Source of the DNA: Octopus sinensis
Lineage: Eukaryota
Direction of reading: 5' to 3'
Length of the DNA stretch: 64,000 nucleotides
Assembly: GCF_006345805.1 (NCBI RefSeq)
Contig: NW_021832231.1
Location: 62,001 to 126,000 of the forward strand
In this document: positions 10,452-25,400 of the stretch, in pieces
Layout of the letters: each line of letters begins with the position of its first letter
How positions within the stretch are numbered: position 1 is the first letter of the stretch
Position numbers and translations under genes: made by a program
Notes under the pieces: model-generated
What the model saw: only the letters and a program-made list of their open reading frames with translations
Told to the model about the DNA's origin: nothing
The model's database searches: none

Positions 10452-13400
10452 TTAGTCGACGTTCAAAGTCAAACAGACGCCCTTAAGGATCCAATGACTG
10501 AGATGTAGTGTAGTCACGAGGTCTGCCTCAAACACAAGTCCGACACCCATTGCATTTCTCCTGTCGGAAGTAACGTAGACTGGTGCTTTGTATGTGTTCT
10601 GGAAATGTATGCTAACAAGTACGTGGAGTTTTAGTCGATGAGCTTCAATGGGAGTTATCTTCAGGATTGGGAGTGGCTCCACCAGGCATTTGGGTCTCTG
10701 AGGCGCCAAGCACCCCTCTTCGACATCCCACGAGGCACCCTCAATGAAGAGTCCTTGAACGAAGCAACCTGCTCAAGTCAGAATGGCAAGACAAGCCTTG
10801 GTGGAGTTTCTCGCTGACGTCTTGTTCGGTCTTGTAATTTGTGACTGTGGTGAACAACGTGGACTTGTCCAACGGCCACTTGTTGAGACGGCAGGTTGTC
10901 TGGACCAGTGCCGTAAGATAGGACTCTGGGACATGGATGCCAGAGAGCCACATCACGTTCGGCTCCCCCTCTTGGACCCAGTCCTTGTACAGCTGATATC
11001 GTCTCAGCAAATGTTCGATCCAACTGCCCAAAGCTTTAAGTGTCATTGGAGCAAGTCCTCTCCAAAGTTCTGGGATTTTTCCATTGAATAACGCGCGGGA
11101 AATATCTTCGAGTTCATTGCTCATCCCAATTTCGCCAACCAATGCCTAATTTGAGCAACCCAAGCACTACTTTTTGAAGTAGATTGAGTGATAACTTGAT
11201 TGTGGTGGTTAAATTGTTGAATCGTTCGATTTCCTGGAGGAGAACAACCCCCGTCGGCTGAATGTCGGAGCCCATTTCTTTCCTTATTTCCTCCAAATTG
11301 AACGGTTCGGACAATTTTTTAAGAATATCTCTGGCAATATTGCCAATGAACTCATCTCGACTCATTTCAAGTCCAATGTTGGCCGTTTGCGGCTGCATGT
11401 CAATCAAATGGTTCCATATCGTCTTGGCAGCCTGAAACATCAAGTCAAGCCAAGACCGTGGTGTACGTTGATATTTCCGCATTTGGGTCCAGCCCGAACG
11501 CCTCCGGAGTATTGGTTAGTGGGAGAGTCTCGATATAGGCGAGGTATCCCTCCTTTTTGCCCTTGTCGGGGGGAATGCAATAGTCGACGTTTTTGTCGCA
11601 GTAAAAGTGGAACAACTGGAACGTGTCGAAAATAAAATCCCCCATGTATTCATTCATGTACGTCCGCAAGATTCTCCTGTCGATTTCGTCGATCGCTCGG
11701 CCTCCGTACATGACCTTAACAGGTCAGGCCACGTGTCTTACCTCCCCAATCAAATATTTGAGGGTGTTCCAGGGAATCGCGTTTTCACTCGAATCCCTCT
11801 CTTTGTCCAAATATGTCTTGAGAATGTCGAAGCAGACTGAAAAGTCCGAGTCGTTAAAATCGTAGGGGATGTTCCACCCAATTTTGCCATACTTTCTTCG
11901 CTCCTGCACAACTGCGTGGAAAAAGGACAGGACGAAGACCAGCGGACTGAACGCTGGGTGCGCGCATTCCCTCAGTGCACTGTCCGATATCTTGACATAT
12001 GTTCCGTGCAAATTCAGTTTAAGACCATTTGGCGGTTCGGTCACGACCTGGAAATTAGTTTCCATCACACACCTTCATCGACCTCTGCAGAATCCCGATC
12101 GGGAACAGTTCGGTGGGCTCAGTCGTAATCCAAAGCCTAAACTCGGGGTGTGGTTTGGTGATTTTTTCCAAACTTTCTTCCAGTGTTTTAAGCCAGTCCA
12201 CCAACAAATGGCAGTTCTGGAGCATCAGCCAATGACCCCGCTGGACAGCTACTTCCAAGTGCTGAATCGCGATCTAGGGCTGTGGAGACAATTCCATACA
12301 TGTTCCTGGCCCTGCCCCATGGAAAGGAATTTGATGCGATTGGGGTCAAAGTTAAGACTTTCTGCCAACTTTAGCAGGTCTTTCGCGGGGTCTGCCCCCG
12401 GGGAGAGAATAAAGACGACGGGAGAGGCAGCAATGCTTTGTTCGTATATGGCCGTGAAGGTAATGATCGGCGGAGATATATACACCTCGCCGATGCTGTC
12501 CGACACAAACTTCTCCATTGCTCTGTACACCCTGTCTATTCGGAAACACCGTAAAAGCATTAGTTTTTGATATTTCGATATCTCGTTGTAGATTGTTGGG
12601 TACTCGACTGATTCTGGTGCATCGTGGGATACCCACTGGCAATGTCAGCACTATTTCAACCTCAACCCACTTTTCCTCGTTATTCGAAATGTCAGCCAGT
12701 AAAGTGGAAAAAGTGTTCCCGCCGATTTCCACCAGACGCACAATGTCTTCCCAGTTGCTGTCCTTGAGCCATTCAAATGGTTTTGGGGTCGTACTCTTTT
12801 CCAGAGAAACATTTCCCTGCATTTGCACCAACAATCTACTTTAAGGAAAAAGTCGATTTCCTCTTGCTTTATTTCTCCGGCATTTTCCAAGATTCTGACC
12901 GCAATTTGAAACGAAAAAAGAAGTTTGTGTTTTTCGAAAATGCCTGTGATTAAACAAAGAGAGTGTACCAGTGCACCCGTAGTAGTATACATTATATGTG
13001 AGGCAATTGATTATGTTTTCCAGCCTCTTCTTGAGTTTGGAGTCGGGCAAACTTTTTTTCAGCGAGAATTGGAACACGTCGAGGAAGGCAGACAGCGAGT
13101 ACTGGTACATTGAATTGACCAGCGATAGTTCTGCGAGCACGAAAAAGAGAATGGCCCCTCTTCTCGCTACGGGTCTGTATCCATCACGCAATTTCTCAAT
13201 GTCGCGGGAAGTTATCGCCCCGTTTTTCAGTTTGGCACTGACCTGGGTATTAGCCACGTGAATAATACTTCCGAAGCCTTCATTTTGGTTTCCTCCAGAG
13301 TTTCGATGAGTTCTGTGTTGTCCAACATGTTTCCCGTCGACGTCGTCAACTCCCGTAAAAGCGAGTCCTCCAAATCTTTGAGCAGATTTTTATTCTCACT

Positions 13401-16400
13401 AATCCGTAAGACGCAGGAATGATTGCCTCGTTTCCTGAATCAGTCTCTCACGCTTTTCCTCCAACTCGCGCCGCTCGAACTTGACTAACACACTGAGCAG
13501 TTGGTCCTCAAGTCCCTTTGGTAGAACACCACGAAATACTTGGAGAGTGACTGTGTAGTTGATCACGATCAGTTTGCCGAAAATACTCGACCCGTACTTT
13601 GGATTGGGGAGTTTGGAGTTGAGGTATAAGCGAAAGTTGGGGTCATAGTCGATCTCCTTGTCACCCAAGATAATAAATTCCCTTCCCTTGTCGCCTGAGA
13701 ATGACCACAAACACAGACCCATGATTTTCTTCTCGATTACATTGTCAATGATTGGGTCAATGAACTCATCGACGTCTTTGAACAAGACCGGGAAACCATA
13801 TTTGATCGCTAGTTCGAGTTGTTTCAAAAAGTCATGGTCGTTGAATGTGCAGATCTGCATTATTGTTCAATGATACCTTCAGGTTGTTCTTTTCTTCTTT
13901 CTTTTTGATCCAGTTGAGTGCTTGTTGCTGGGGATCAATGCACAGAGCATATCTGCTCGACATTGTAGTCAGCATTCCATTTTGAATCGAAAGTTCGTCG
14001 GGAGGCAGGTTTTCAGATGTCCACCTACTTTTCGACTCGTTTGAGACTACCGACTGATTTCCACGTCGTTGATTAACAAATTCTCGACTCTGAACGGCTG
14101 ACTCAAAGGGATGTCTCGTCTGATCACGTCCTCCAACCACATTTTATATAGCATTTCATGTCTGTACTCGTGGCTGAATGCTCCCAAATAGCTCAGAAAT
14201 GACGCCGAGAGCAAACAATCGCCCAACAGCTTTACTCCTGAGATTCTGAGCTGCAGCAGGTCTTCATGCCATCTACCTACGTCCAAGAAATAAACAAAAC
14301 CGTATTTTCTCGGAACTCAATCCATTTATCAGTTTGTCGGCAGCAGCGAGTCTCCTCTCCATTATTTCTGTTTCGTTCATCAAGTTCTGTTTTTCGAGGA
14401 TGGCATCTTCATATTTCTTGGCAAGATTTTTCAGCTGTTCCTCCAATTGGCTCAACGAAGCCATGACTTTGTTTAAATCTCGCTTTGCAATGAAGAATTC
14501 CTTTTCCAGTTTAGCAACCTGCAAATATTTTTACGAAGCCGGCCTTTTCCCTCTTTGGCTTGATGAGCTTGGCCACTTCACAATAGCCAATGACCGCCCT
14601 GACAAACTTGAGAAGTCCAGCTCCAGCCTTACTCACAGACCGCATCGACTCGATCGTGACATCCGCCATTTCCTTGCCTCCAAGGTGGCCTATGTTCTTC
14701 ATTCAAGAATGCATTGCCTTTGACAAAATTGAGTTGTTTTCCTGTTATTCCGTCGACGTCCATTTCCATGAGAACTTTGATGAAATTTGCTTGCGACATT
14801 ACTGCGAGCGAGGCCTTCCACGAGACTTCCTTGGAACCCAGAAAGACAGCCACACACTCGCACACAAACTGCACTGGCTTGGGCGGTTTGGAGAAAGATC
14901 TGAAAAATCCGAAAATAATCAAACTTTATCTCAACCACGTCGGATTTGTTTAAATCTGCCAAGGCCAATCTGGCTGCTTCCAGAATAGGCAATGCCTCGT
15001 TGAGCGCATCCTCCGCCTCTTTCTAGGAATAAAATGCGAGGAGTGCCTTCTCTTTCCCAATGACGATGTTTTGTTCTTGTATTTCGATGCTCTTCTCCGT
15101 CGAAATAATTTTTTGTTCCTCGGCTATTTCCGTCCCTTCTGAGATTTCTTTTAGCATTTCTTCACATGCCAGAGACTTTGCGGTGACTGCGATTTTCTGT
15201 TTCTCGAGTTTCTTGTTCATTTCTACCAACTCAATGCCAGCTTCCTCGATTTTTTTTAGGCCCGTCTCCAGTCTTTCACACTAACGAATGATCTGGAAGG
15301 ACTTGCCTGGCCTAAAATGAAGGAGTCATTTGATGTGAGTAAATTGAGGTAGCACTTGATGAAGTCGAGGTAATTTTTCGGAGTCACAAAATTCTTTCTT
15401 CTCAGACGTTGTTCGAACTTGAGCGAGAAGTCGCTGACGGAGTTGTGGACCATCATGATGTGGGCGAGGATGTCCTCCCTTTTCTCGAGAGGGACCAACG
15501 CATTCTAAGATTAGCAATACGCTCCGAACCTCGGGAGGGATGTACATTGAGGCGACTGCGTACAGCGCCTGATTGGGCCAGGGAAAGAACCAGTTAATTG
15601 TGCAGTTATTGACCATTCCTGCCACATGCACTCATTGCCATACCAGGAAAATTCCGACATCGAGTTCGTAGCAGGTCCCCTGTCGGAGTCATTGACAACA
15701 CGACGTGGAGGTTGTTCGCACATTTGCTAACAAAATGTTTCCAGATTTCTTCCTTTGAAGAATTCGAATACAATTTGACTGCCTCCTCCCGGATCTGAGG
15801 ATATGCCGTGAAACCTCAACCTGGCTTATGATCCCATCCTTCTCGTCTTCAGTATACAAGGCCGGGACCATTCCAGAGGTCAGCATGTTGTTGATCAGTT
15901 CTAAGAAGCCTAGAGAAGGTTAATGCAATAGGACTGCCTTCTTCGACAATGTTATCGTCGGTGAAGATAAAGACCGTTCTTTTATCCTCAATCCCCAATT
16001 GGTTGTACAAAACCTTCAGATCTTCCCTGAACGAATTTTCGTTGTATCCGCGCGACAGTTTGATTTCAAAAATTTGACATTCACTTGCGAATGCTGCGAG
16101 TTTGGAGAGAGTTTGTTTTCCACTGCCTCCGACTCCAATAAACAACACGTGCCCTCTGCTCATTTTGAATATTCGATTGACGCGAGAAAAGTGCTCGATT
16201 GCGTCATCGAATAAGACAATGTTCATCGGGGACTTGCCTTCGTTGTATTCCTGCAGTATCTAATTCGTGCTAGTTTTAGTGTTTATTAACTTCCTGCAAG
16301 TGCACACGTGCCTCTTCATAGTTTTCGATTTGCCTGTATATTCGGATGTTGTGCTGAGAGGCCGCATAGTCGCCGAAAAGAATGGGGTCGGCGAGAATTG

Positions 16401-19400
16401 TCCCCGCCTCTTTGGGCATCGACTCCTCAACAATTTTTTTCATCGAGTTCTAAGGTTTTGACCTACAAGTACATTGAGGAGGTTCTGGTCTTGGAAACTG
16501 ATCAGTCGGTCTCGGAAAACTCGGAGACACTCATTTCTCCAGAGACGAATTAATTCGATCGATGTCAAAAAGGCGTCGTTGGTAGAAAAAAGCAGTCCGT
16601 TGAAAATACGGGACAGGTCCCTTAAATTGAAGATGTAGTGGAATTTTGAGGGTGTCGGGGGCAGTTCCTTCACACATTGCCTGGAATGAGGCAGACAGAC
16701 TACCAATAGACCTGAATAGTCATTTTCGTAAGAAGGGGAACTATCTTTACAATCTCCTGGGAAAAGGAGGAGACGTGACTGCTCAGAATTGTGTTGTATA
16801 TGCTGAACAGAGATTCGTCGGAAGGGAAGGTCGTGGCCATGAGAGTAAACATTGAAATGAATCGCGGATCAATGTCGTTACGACCACCCCCGGGAATGCC
16901 CATCGACGCGAAATAGTCCACATCCTTGATTATTTTCCAGTTCAGGTCTTTTTGTCGGTCGTATATCCCTCCGCGGTCCAGCAACTGCTTAAGTAGTGCT
17001 ATTGGCTGCTGAGTTCCGTATGTGTCGACCTGCCGTGAAAAAGTTATGCAAACTTGGGGCATGTTGAGGTCGTCCAGATAAATCACGAGTCTTTTTCCGG
17101 GAGTTGGTCCATACGAGTCCTTGCTTCGCTTTTCGACATTCGATTCGATGTTTCGCTGGACATCCAGAGAAGTCGTCCGGGAAGAAAAATTCATGTTAAT
17201 GAATACCTAAATTTGAATTAAAACGATTCTTACAGTTTTCTCGCTGTCCATTTTCCTCAGGTAGTTCAGAATGGTGGCAGTCTTCGAGGTTCCCGTGTCC
17301 CCGACGAAAATTACGGGCTTGTTATTTTGATGACACAGCTCAAGAAACCACTCTCCTCTCACTGTGTCGATTGTTGGGACGAGAATTTCGTGAAATAGTT
17401 TTGACTTGTCGTGAATGTATTTTGGGATCAAGTTCTTCCAGGGAATCCATTTGCAGGCCTCAATGTCCCAGAAATAGTCGTAGAGTAAATAATCCGCACA
17501 TGGGAGTTCGTCTAAAAGTCTCCATTTCCTAACTAACTTGGCCCTGCGAGTATTTTCTCATTGGCCACTGCAGGTTTCCCACAAATGACTCGCAGTTCTC
17601 TGTCAAAATGGACTCGGCAAGTCTCGTTCAGAGTGGCCCCAACACTCCAAATCAGTGCCTGAATAAAACAGGCTTCCAATTGGTCGTAGTCAGCAATTTC
17701 TTTGGTTATAGTCATTTTCAGAAGTGTGCAGAGTTGGGTTATCTGCGCAGTCTACAAACAAGCACAACCAAATTAAGTGGAGTTTGAGGAATAAATGTCC
17801 GCATTTTGACTTTATTGTTTCCCCCAACTATGCCTTCAGTCATCAAGTCGACGGCCGAATAGACATACTTCCCGAATAACGACTCAATGTTTTCTTTCAT
17901 CGATTTGAATTCAAATAAATTGAGCCACTTGTCCCAATATGGCTGAAACCCCAAATTTTTGGGGTCGACATAAACCATCCCAGCGCGGGAAACAGTAGCA
18001 GGAGAAGCATACTTCAAATCACCGACCTAAAATGATTTCTGGAACGAACCTCGAACAACAGTGCGCAGTGGGACTGGAGTCGAATTCTCTCACTGTTGGC
18101 GAGTGTCAGCAGTTTATTGTCGTCCATCACGGAATTCATGTTCTCCACCCACAACGCATCCACATCGCCGTCAAACACGACATATCGTCTTTCGTTCTTG
18201 TCCTGAGGCAGAGGCCGGTTTATTTCACGGAATATGTTGGAAAGAAGCCCGTCAGTCCAATCACGGGTTGTGGGATCTAATATTCCGTATAATTCGACGA
18301 CGGGCCTGTCCTTTGGGTTCAAAATGAATAGTTTGGTGTGTATCCCGAGTCTTGGAGTAGATCAACGAAATAACCTTGTTTGAGCATCGGCCAACGTTTT
18401 GATAACCACCGATTTGCCTCCCCCCGTTGGCCCCACGATCATGGTGGTGTGCCTCGTCATCATTGTCTCGTGCATTTGTACCACTTTGTTGACCTTCGGA
18501 ATCAGTAAAGGGGCAACTTGTGATTCGAGCAAAACGTAATTATTTTCCCTCAAAGAGGTTTCCACTGCGCCATGGAAGTCTGGGTACCGAACTCGAGGAC
18601 AGTCGAGCCCGGGGAAAAGGTCGGAAATCAGTCCAAGGAACAGAGGGACGTCCTCGTAGATGAATTTGGGCTGGTTCATATCTCTCAGTGCTCTCATCAG
18701 GACCACTTCCTGTTCTCATTAGATAAAGACGAGACCTCCGAAAGATCAGGGGAAGTTCTTTTCAAATCACCGGCCATCACAAGCACTGATTTCAGAGCTC
18801 GGAGTCCAAAATCGTAGTGATATTGTTTGGACAGTTGTTCTCTGGCCAATTTGTACAGCACTGTCATCTTTTTGGCCAGTACCTAACAGTGGGAGAGAAT
18901 GAGTACTTTAGCAGTCAGAAACCCCTCCGAAAAGAGCATGATTTCACAAATTTGCTCCAAATCAGGAACTACCACGACTACTGGTCGGAACAGAGCCTTG
19001 ATGGATTCGGGCAATTCGGTGCGTCCTGCATAGCCAGGGTTCATGGTGATGAAGATTCCGACGCGACTGTCAAAGGGGATCTCGACGCCTTCGAACTAAG
19101 TCGATCAAATCATTCAAAAATGCCTGGAATTTCTTCAATTTCATGATCAGGGCATTTTGGATAGTCCTCAATTGCGTGGATATCACCGACAACACCGAGG
19201 CGTCGATTCTGTTGAATTCGTCAAAACACCCCCACGCACCCGACTGACAGAGACCAGAGAAAATTTTCCCGATGGCCTGAGTCAAGGACCATGTGGAATA
19301 CCTTGTAATCCATCCCTTCTCCACAATTTGTCACGACGCAAAGGAGACCAAGTGCTTTCGCCAAGTCTTTCACAGTTTCGGTTTTCCCAGTCCCTGCAGG

Positions 19401-22400
19401 GCCAGCCGGGGACCCCCCGAGACTCATGGAGAGTGCCTGGATATAATGGGCAATCGTGGACCTGAGTGAGCGTCAGGTAAATGCGGTCGGTCAAAGGAGT
19501 GATGACGAGACGCCCGTTGAGGCCCATGTACTCGTAGCCATAGTCGAAATTCCCCGAACATTGCTTGACCACCAAATTGTCGACGTCCTTCATCCAATAA
19601 AAGCGCAGTTGACTGTCCCACTCGAACTCCCGCACGTCCATAATGCTTAAATAGACCCAACTGCATACCTGTTCCTCACAAAACTGTCGACAATGTCCCG
19701 GGCATGCACGTCTATGATCAGAATTGTGTTTATTTTTTTCCTGTCGTTCTTGGAAAGGGACGACCGGACCTGTCTAATGCCGACAACTGCCATACCTGCA
19801 CCACCAAGTCGCTGATTTGATGATGAAGCAGTTGCAGGTACTCCTTAAGGGCAGTCTTCTTCCCTTTCCTGATTTTCTCAAACACATCTTCCACTTCCCA
19901 GGTCCACCAAATCTGGATTGCGGCAAGACAGACCATTCCCTGGTAGTCTTTGATCCACGAAATTCTGCGGCGTCACCGGAGTGGACAAACCTGGGTTTCC
20001 CCTCGAAACGATAATAGAAGATGGCCTCCTTTGTGATCTGCCGGTTGGAAGACCGCATTTCCTTAAGAACGTCCGTCATCCAGTCTTCCACTTTCCCGTC
20101 AGCCAAAATTGGTCGCTTGTAGTCCATGATTTCCTTTTCCGCAGAAATCATGGCGGAAACCAACAACTCTCCACTCCCTCCTTTGTCGAACTTTAACGAC
20201 TTGACGTTATCGAACATCTAGAGTGGTGTACAGCACATACTTTGATGATGTGTTCCTGCACACACTCGGGATCACTGCTTCCCAAAATGCTCAACAGTTC
20301 GTCGTCGGAAATAAAGAAAAACCGTGGGAAAACGTTTCGTTTTGACTCGAGATAGTCGTTCAGGGATTTCTGGCATTTGTCGAGTCCTGCGGCCAGACTG
20401 TTCATTTCGTTCAATCGACCTTTGACGTGACATGCAAATTTGATTTGCGTATTTTTGGCTGTTTCCCCCATGATCTACCGTGGGAGGACGGGAACAACCC
20501 CCTTGAAGGTCTTGTCAAGGCTATCAAAGGCTTTGGCTTCCTCTGGAAGTTGCATTCGAATGTCGCCGCCAATAAAGATTCCTTCCAAGTACATCCATTT
20601 GCGCTGGACGTTGACCCACACCTTCAATTGACTGGGGACTAATACGTCGATCACTTCGGAGATCAGGGACAAGGACTTTTCCCAGTGCCGCACACTGTTG
20701 ACAAAGGGAGCCGCGAATCGAGAAGCAGCCATGCTCTGCAAATTGAGGGAGTTGTCGTCGATGATTTGCAGAATGTCCTCGACACTCCCGATTATCCACC
20801 CCCGATTGGTAGTGCCCTTGGTGTACATTGAAATGCTGAAGCGCAGGTTCGTCCACGTGTCCTCTATCTCTTTGATTCCCTGAAATAAGAAAAGGAGCCT
20901 CGCCTTTTCGATCGCCATTTCCTTGATGGCACATGTCACGATATTCGAGATTTCATCTTGGAAATCGTGCAAATTCATTTCAAAGACGCTGGAGAGGGTG
21001 AACGTGTCTGGGTTGATGTCGAATCTCTTTCCAGTCTTTTCCATCAAGTTGTTCCAGTGCCTGACGGGTTTATGGGGCTGAGTACCTTTCTCTCAAGGCC
21101 TCGTTCTTCAAATCAATAAAAAGGGGCAGCGATTCCTTGAATTGCTTTATTTTGTTTTCGACGATTCCCCAAAGTTTGAAGCCTCTTATTTCTTTTGCTA
21201 GTTTTCTCAGCGCTTTCAAAAATTCGTCGATTTTTTCGCTCAAAGTCTGCACATTCAAATTGGACCACAATATCTCTGCCCAGGTTTCCCGCGCTTTCTA
21301 CGTGAAAGGTCAAAGGTTCTGAAAACCCTCTGTTCCGAATATATCGCAAAGATTTCCCTCAGTCCTTCCACGTCTTTCTCAATTCTGTTTAGTTCGGGGT
21401 GATTGCTAATTTCCAAATCAAAGAGGTGTTCAGCATTCAAAATTTCCTGGCGTTCAGTGAACAGTTTCTCGAGTTCTCCACTGAAATCGACCAACAAACT
21501 TTCCCCTAAATTGACAATAATCAGGAAACCCGCTTCAATGTCAGTTCCACACAGCCCGGGACCGGATTCAAAGTATCGATCCGCGAATTCTTTTACTTTG
21601 GTGGAAAACTCAACGATCGAATTTTTGGTGAGCTAATTTTAATGTTGAGCGAATACTTCGATAAAACGTCTCTTGACAAGTGTAAGGCCCACGTCTTTGA
21701 CTTTGGATTGGTACACGAGTGACTGCCATTTCTCGTTAATAGTCTCCACCAACTCCTGTTCCTCGTTTGAATAGGGGAGTTCGTACATCGACAAATGTCT
21801 AATTTGACTTTGGGATTTTTACCGATAGCCTTCGACGAGTTGGTATATTTTTACTTCAATCTCCAGTCTATCTTTTTTGATGTCGGAAATTGCTTTCAAG
21901 ACAAATTTCAGCTCTTCCAACGTTTCGGGCTCAACCGCCAGTTGTTTGTATTTGTTCTATTGATTATCCAGTTAGGTGAACATTGACATAATCTCGGACG
22001 TGGAATAACGAGTCTCTCACCGAATCGTGCAAATGATTTCCCAGACATTCAGTCCATTTGTTTGCGTGTTCTTTGAGAGAGGCAACCAAAGGCTGCATGT
22101 TTATTCGGAGACACTCAATGTCTTGGATGTCGTTAGCTTTCTCTATTTCTTTGATGATTTTGGTGTAGAGCTGAAATTGGTCGTCGAAAGCGACGATGGA
22201 CGGGCCCTTGCTGAACCATTTTTCAATGATTGTTGCCTAGGTGGGCTGAAAGGCTTTACTTTGTCCACTTTCCAGATCGGCCGATATTTTTTCCATTTAG
22301 ACAAATAATTGTGACTGTTTGTGATAAGTCGCTTGACGATGTTGATCGAATTCTGGTACAATTCGTTGATTGAGTGGTGCATCGATATGTCCAAGTAGAA

Positions 22401-25400
22401 CGTGAAGGAGAAGGGCTCGTTCTTCCCCGCCAGTTTGATGGGCTTGGACTCGATACAACTCCCATTCAGCCACCGCACAAACGATTTGGATCTACAAACC
22501 CTGATCAGCTGCTTTGAGAACCTTTCGACACAGTCCCTGATCGACTGCAAGATCAAGCTATATATTTCGTTGGATGATGGATTTATTATAACGTAGGGAG
22601 AGGCTAGCATGGCTTCGATTTGGAACAGGGGTTCGTCGCCCTGCAAATCTCTGAGAAAGTCGCGAATATTCCGTGTGATCATCTGAGTAGTGATTGTTTA
22701 CATTACCCGCAAAAGTGTCTCGAACATAATCTTTTCCCAGTGCGCGTAGTACGAACTGAAGAGAGGCAACTTTCCCGTAGACGATTGCGCGACCAGTCCC
22801 TCGATTTTCATGATTAGAGGACCAATGGCCCGGTATTTTTTGACCAAATGTTTGACATCCTTATTTCTCTTATTCTCGACATACTCAAAGTATTTCTGTG
22901 ATAACAATGACTGGCCGTACCTTGCACCCAACCACTCCAAAGGCGTTGTTATCGCGCTTGTATAAATTGGTCGATTCGATGACGTCGAGTCGTGACTTAA
23001 TGTCCAAGGAGTTTTTCTCGACTTGAGTCACCAGCGATTCAAACTTGGTTATGGCCTGGATATGAGGCAAGCTTAGGCAACCAGGAGACATCGTTCCACG
23101 TAGTCGTCGATCACCAGTGAACTCCATTTGAGGCGCTTGTTCCCCACCATCACAATCTTTGATAGTTGCTTCAAATGATGTTCGAAAATGCAAATCTGCG
23201 TGTTCTAACAACGTCCAAACCTCTGCAGGCTTGACTGACTTTATGACTTGGAGATATCTTTCCAACATGTCCTTGATGTTGATTTTATAACGGAAAAAGT
23301 TGTCCTCCAATAAGGCAACGTTTTTGACGGATTCGGGGACTTTCAAGTTGAGTTTTTCAAAATTCTTGGCTTCAACTATTAGTTCCTGAAGTTTCTCGCT
23401 GAAATTGACGACGTAATCGCTGTCCTCGGCGACTACTCATAAACAGTAATTATAGACGTATTTCTTGCTCCAACTTGGACGTCCCCTGGTAGTCGGCATT
23501 CCGTTTGGTGATCAAGCTTCTGTCCAACAAATCCTGGAGTGTCGCCTCGGCACTTTTCATCCAACTGGAATGCTGGAAGTCTTCATATCTCTTCATCTTT
23601 TTTGCCACTGTGAGGTACTTCAGTTTGACCTGCAAAATTAATCGTGGGAACAACCTCCTTCCCGAAGTCGGTGTTCATCATATTATCCATCGTGAGCAAC
23701 TTTACCATCATGTTTTTTATGGTGAACAGCAAGTTGCGGGACCACAGTATTGAGCCCGACATTCTTGGACTGTTGAGATATATTTGCGGGTGGTTCTTTT
23801 CGAAGATCGCGTCCACTTGGTCGATCTGCCCAATCAGTCACACGGAAACCTCTTTGCTGAATTGCTGCAAAATATTATGGAATTTTTTGTTAAGGTCTTG
23901 ACAAATAATTTCCCGAGAACGAATATTTTTGAATTTGGCGAGCATGGAAAAGGCGGCCTCTGACGACCGAAGAGTCTTGAAACTGTCGTTGATGAGCTGC
24001 AGTGCTTGCTTCTCGATCAGAACGACTTCGTTGGTAAACCGATTCATCACTTGGGCCCAGTTCGTCTGATTCTCGAATTCAAAAGGGTCAAATTTGATCT
24101 GCAATGGGACACACTACTGTCACTTGACGGAATGGGATCACGAGATTCTCAACTCGTTTGATGACTGCGGTGATTATGTCCGCGTCGTAAATGATGGACT
24201 TGAGTTCGGGGCCGAAGATCCCGGTGAACTCGACGATGGACTGCATGTTATTGGGGACAGGGCAACACTGCCTATCTTGTCAATGTCGTTGCAGATGTCC
24301 GTCATGTAGTCAGTCCGCCGGAATAACTTGGATCTGTCAAATTCCCAGCGATTTCCTTTCCCAGAAAGCTCGATTTTCGAACGAGTGGCGAAATACTGGC
24401 TCTTCCAGAACTCGAGGACTTGAACAGCCTCCCTGGTTAGTTTGAGGATCAAATCAAAGTCTTGACTGAGAGGACTGTCAAACACAACAGGATTACCATT
24501 CAAATATCGTGGGGATTGCGAGGACCTTCCTTACTCTGTCAGAGATTTCCCAGGCAATCTTCTCCATGAGGGGGACCATGCACTCGTCCTTGTTGTAGTA
24601 CCTGGCAATTGTCCAAATCATCTTGAGGACGTTCATCATTTGAGGAATTGTGTCCATTACGATTGCGAAATTAGACCCGTGGGCCAAGTTCTGGACAAAT
24701 ACAAAGCGGGGTACCTTAAAGTGGCGTTCGAGTGTCATCAGGAACTTGATGTTGTCCTTGGCCTCGCTGTACAATTTGATCAGATCAAAGGAAATCCTAT
24801 TGAGCGTGGAAAACACGTCCGGTTCCTTTATTTGAAGGACGGTAATGATCTTGATCACTTCGGGGGTCTTGAGTTCCTCCACCAGAGCACTTATGTCCGC
24901 ACTTCTTTCACGCCAGTAGTCCACTTCCGAGAGAGGTCCATTTCCCATTGGTTTCTACGAGTTTGGTAATCACAGCAGAACTCTTTCGTTTATTTGTTGG
25001 ACTGTCCTCGTCACATGGTCTATCCACTTTTCTGCGGTGGTGCAACACATTTGGACGCAGTCCTTGTTCTTCATCAGAATCTCTGGGGGGAGGGCGTAGT
25101 CGATATCGGGCAGGGACAGTCGGACTCTGTTTCTCAGCTGGCTCATTGTCCTGGTCGTGTTCTGCATGAACTTGTAGAAATGTATCAGAAACTCGTCACG
25201 CAAAATTGATCGGACTGTTGACCTACGGAATTGAGTCGTCCAATAATCACTTTTTTTGTTCAATGTCTCCTCCAAGTCCGCCCTCCACCACCTGATTTAT
25301 GTGCAATTCGGAAGCTTCAGCATATCCACTCTCCAGCTGGACTATCTCGTTCCCAGAATGCTGAAGAGCGGGCACGTACAGCTAAGCCGTCAACCAATGA

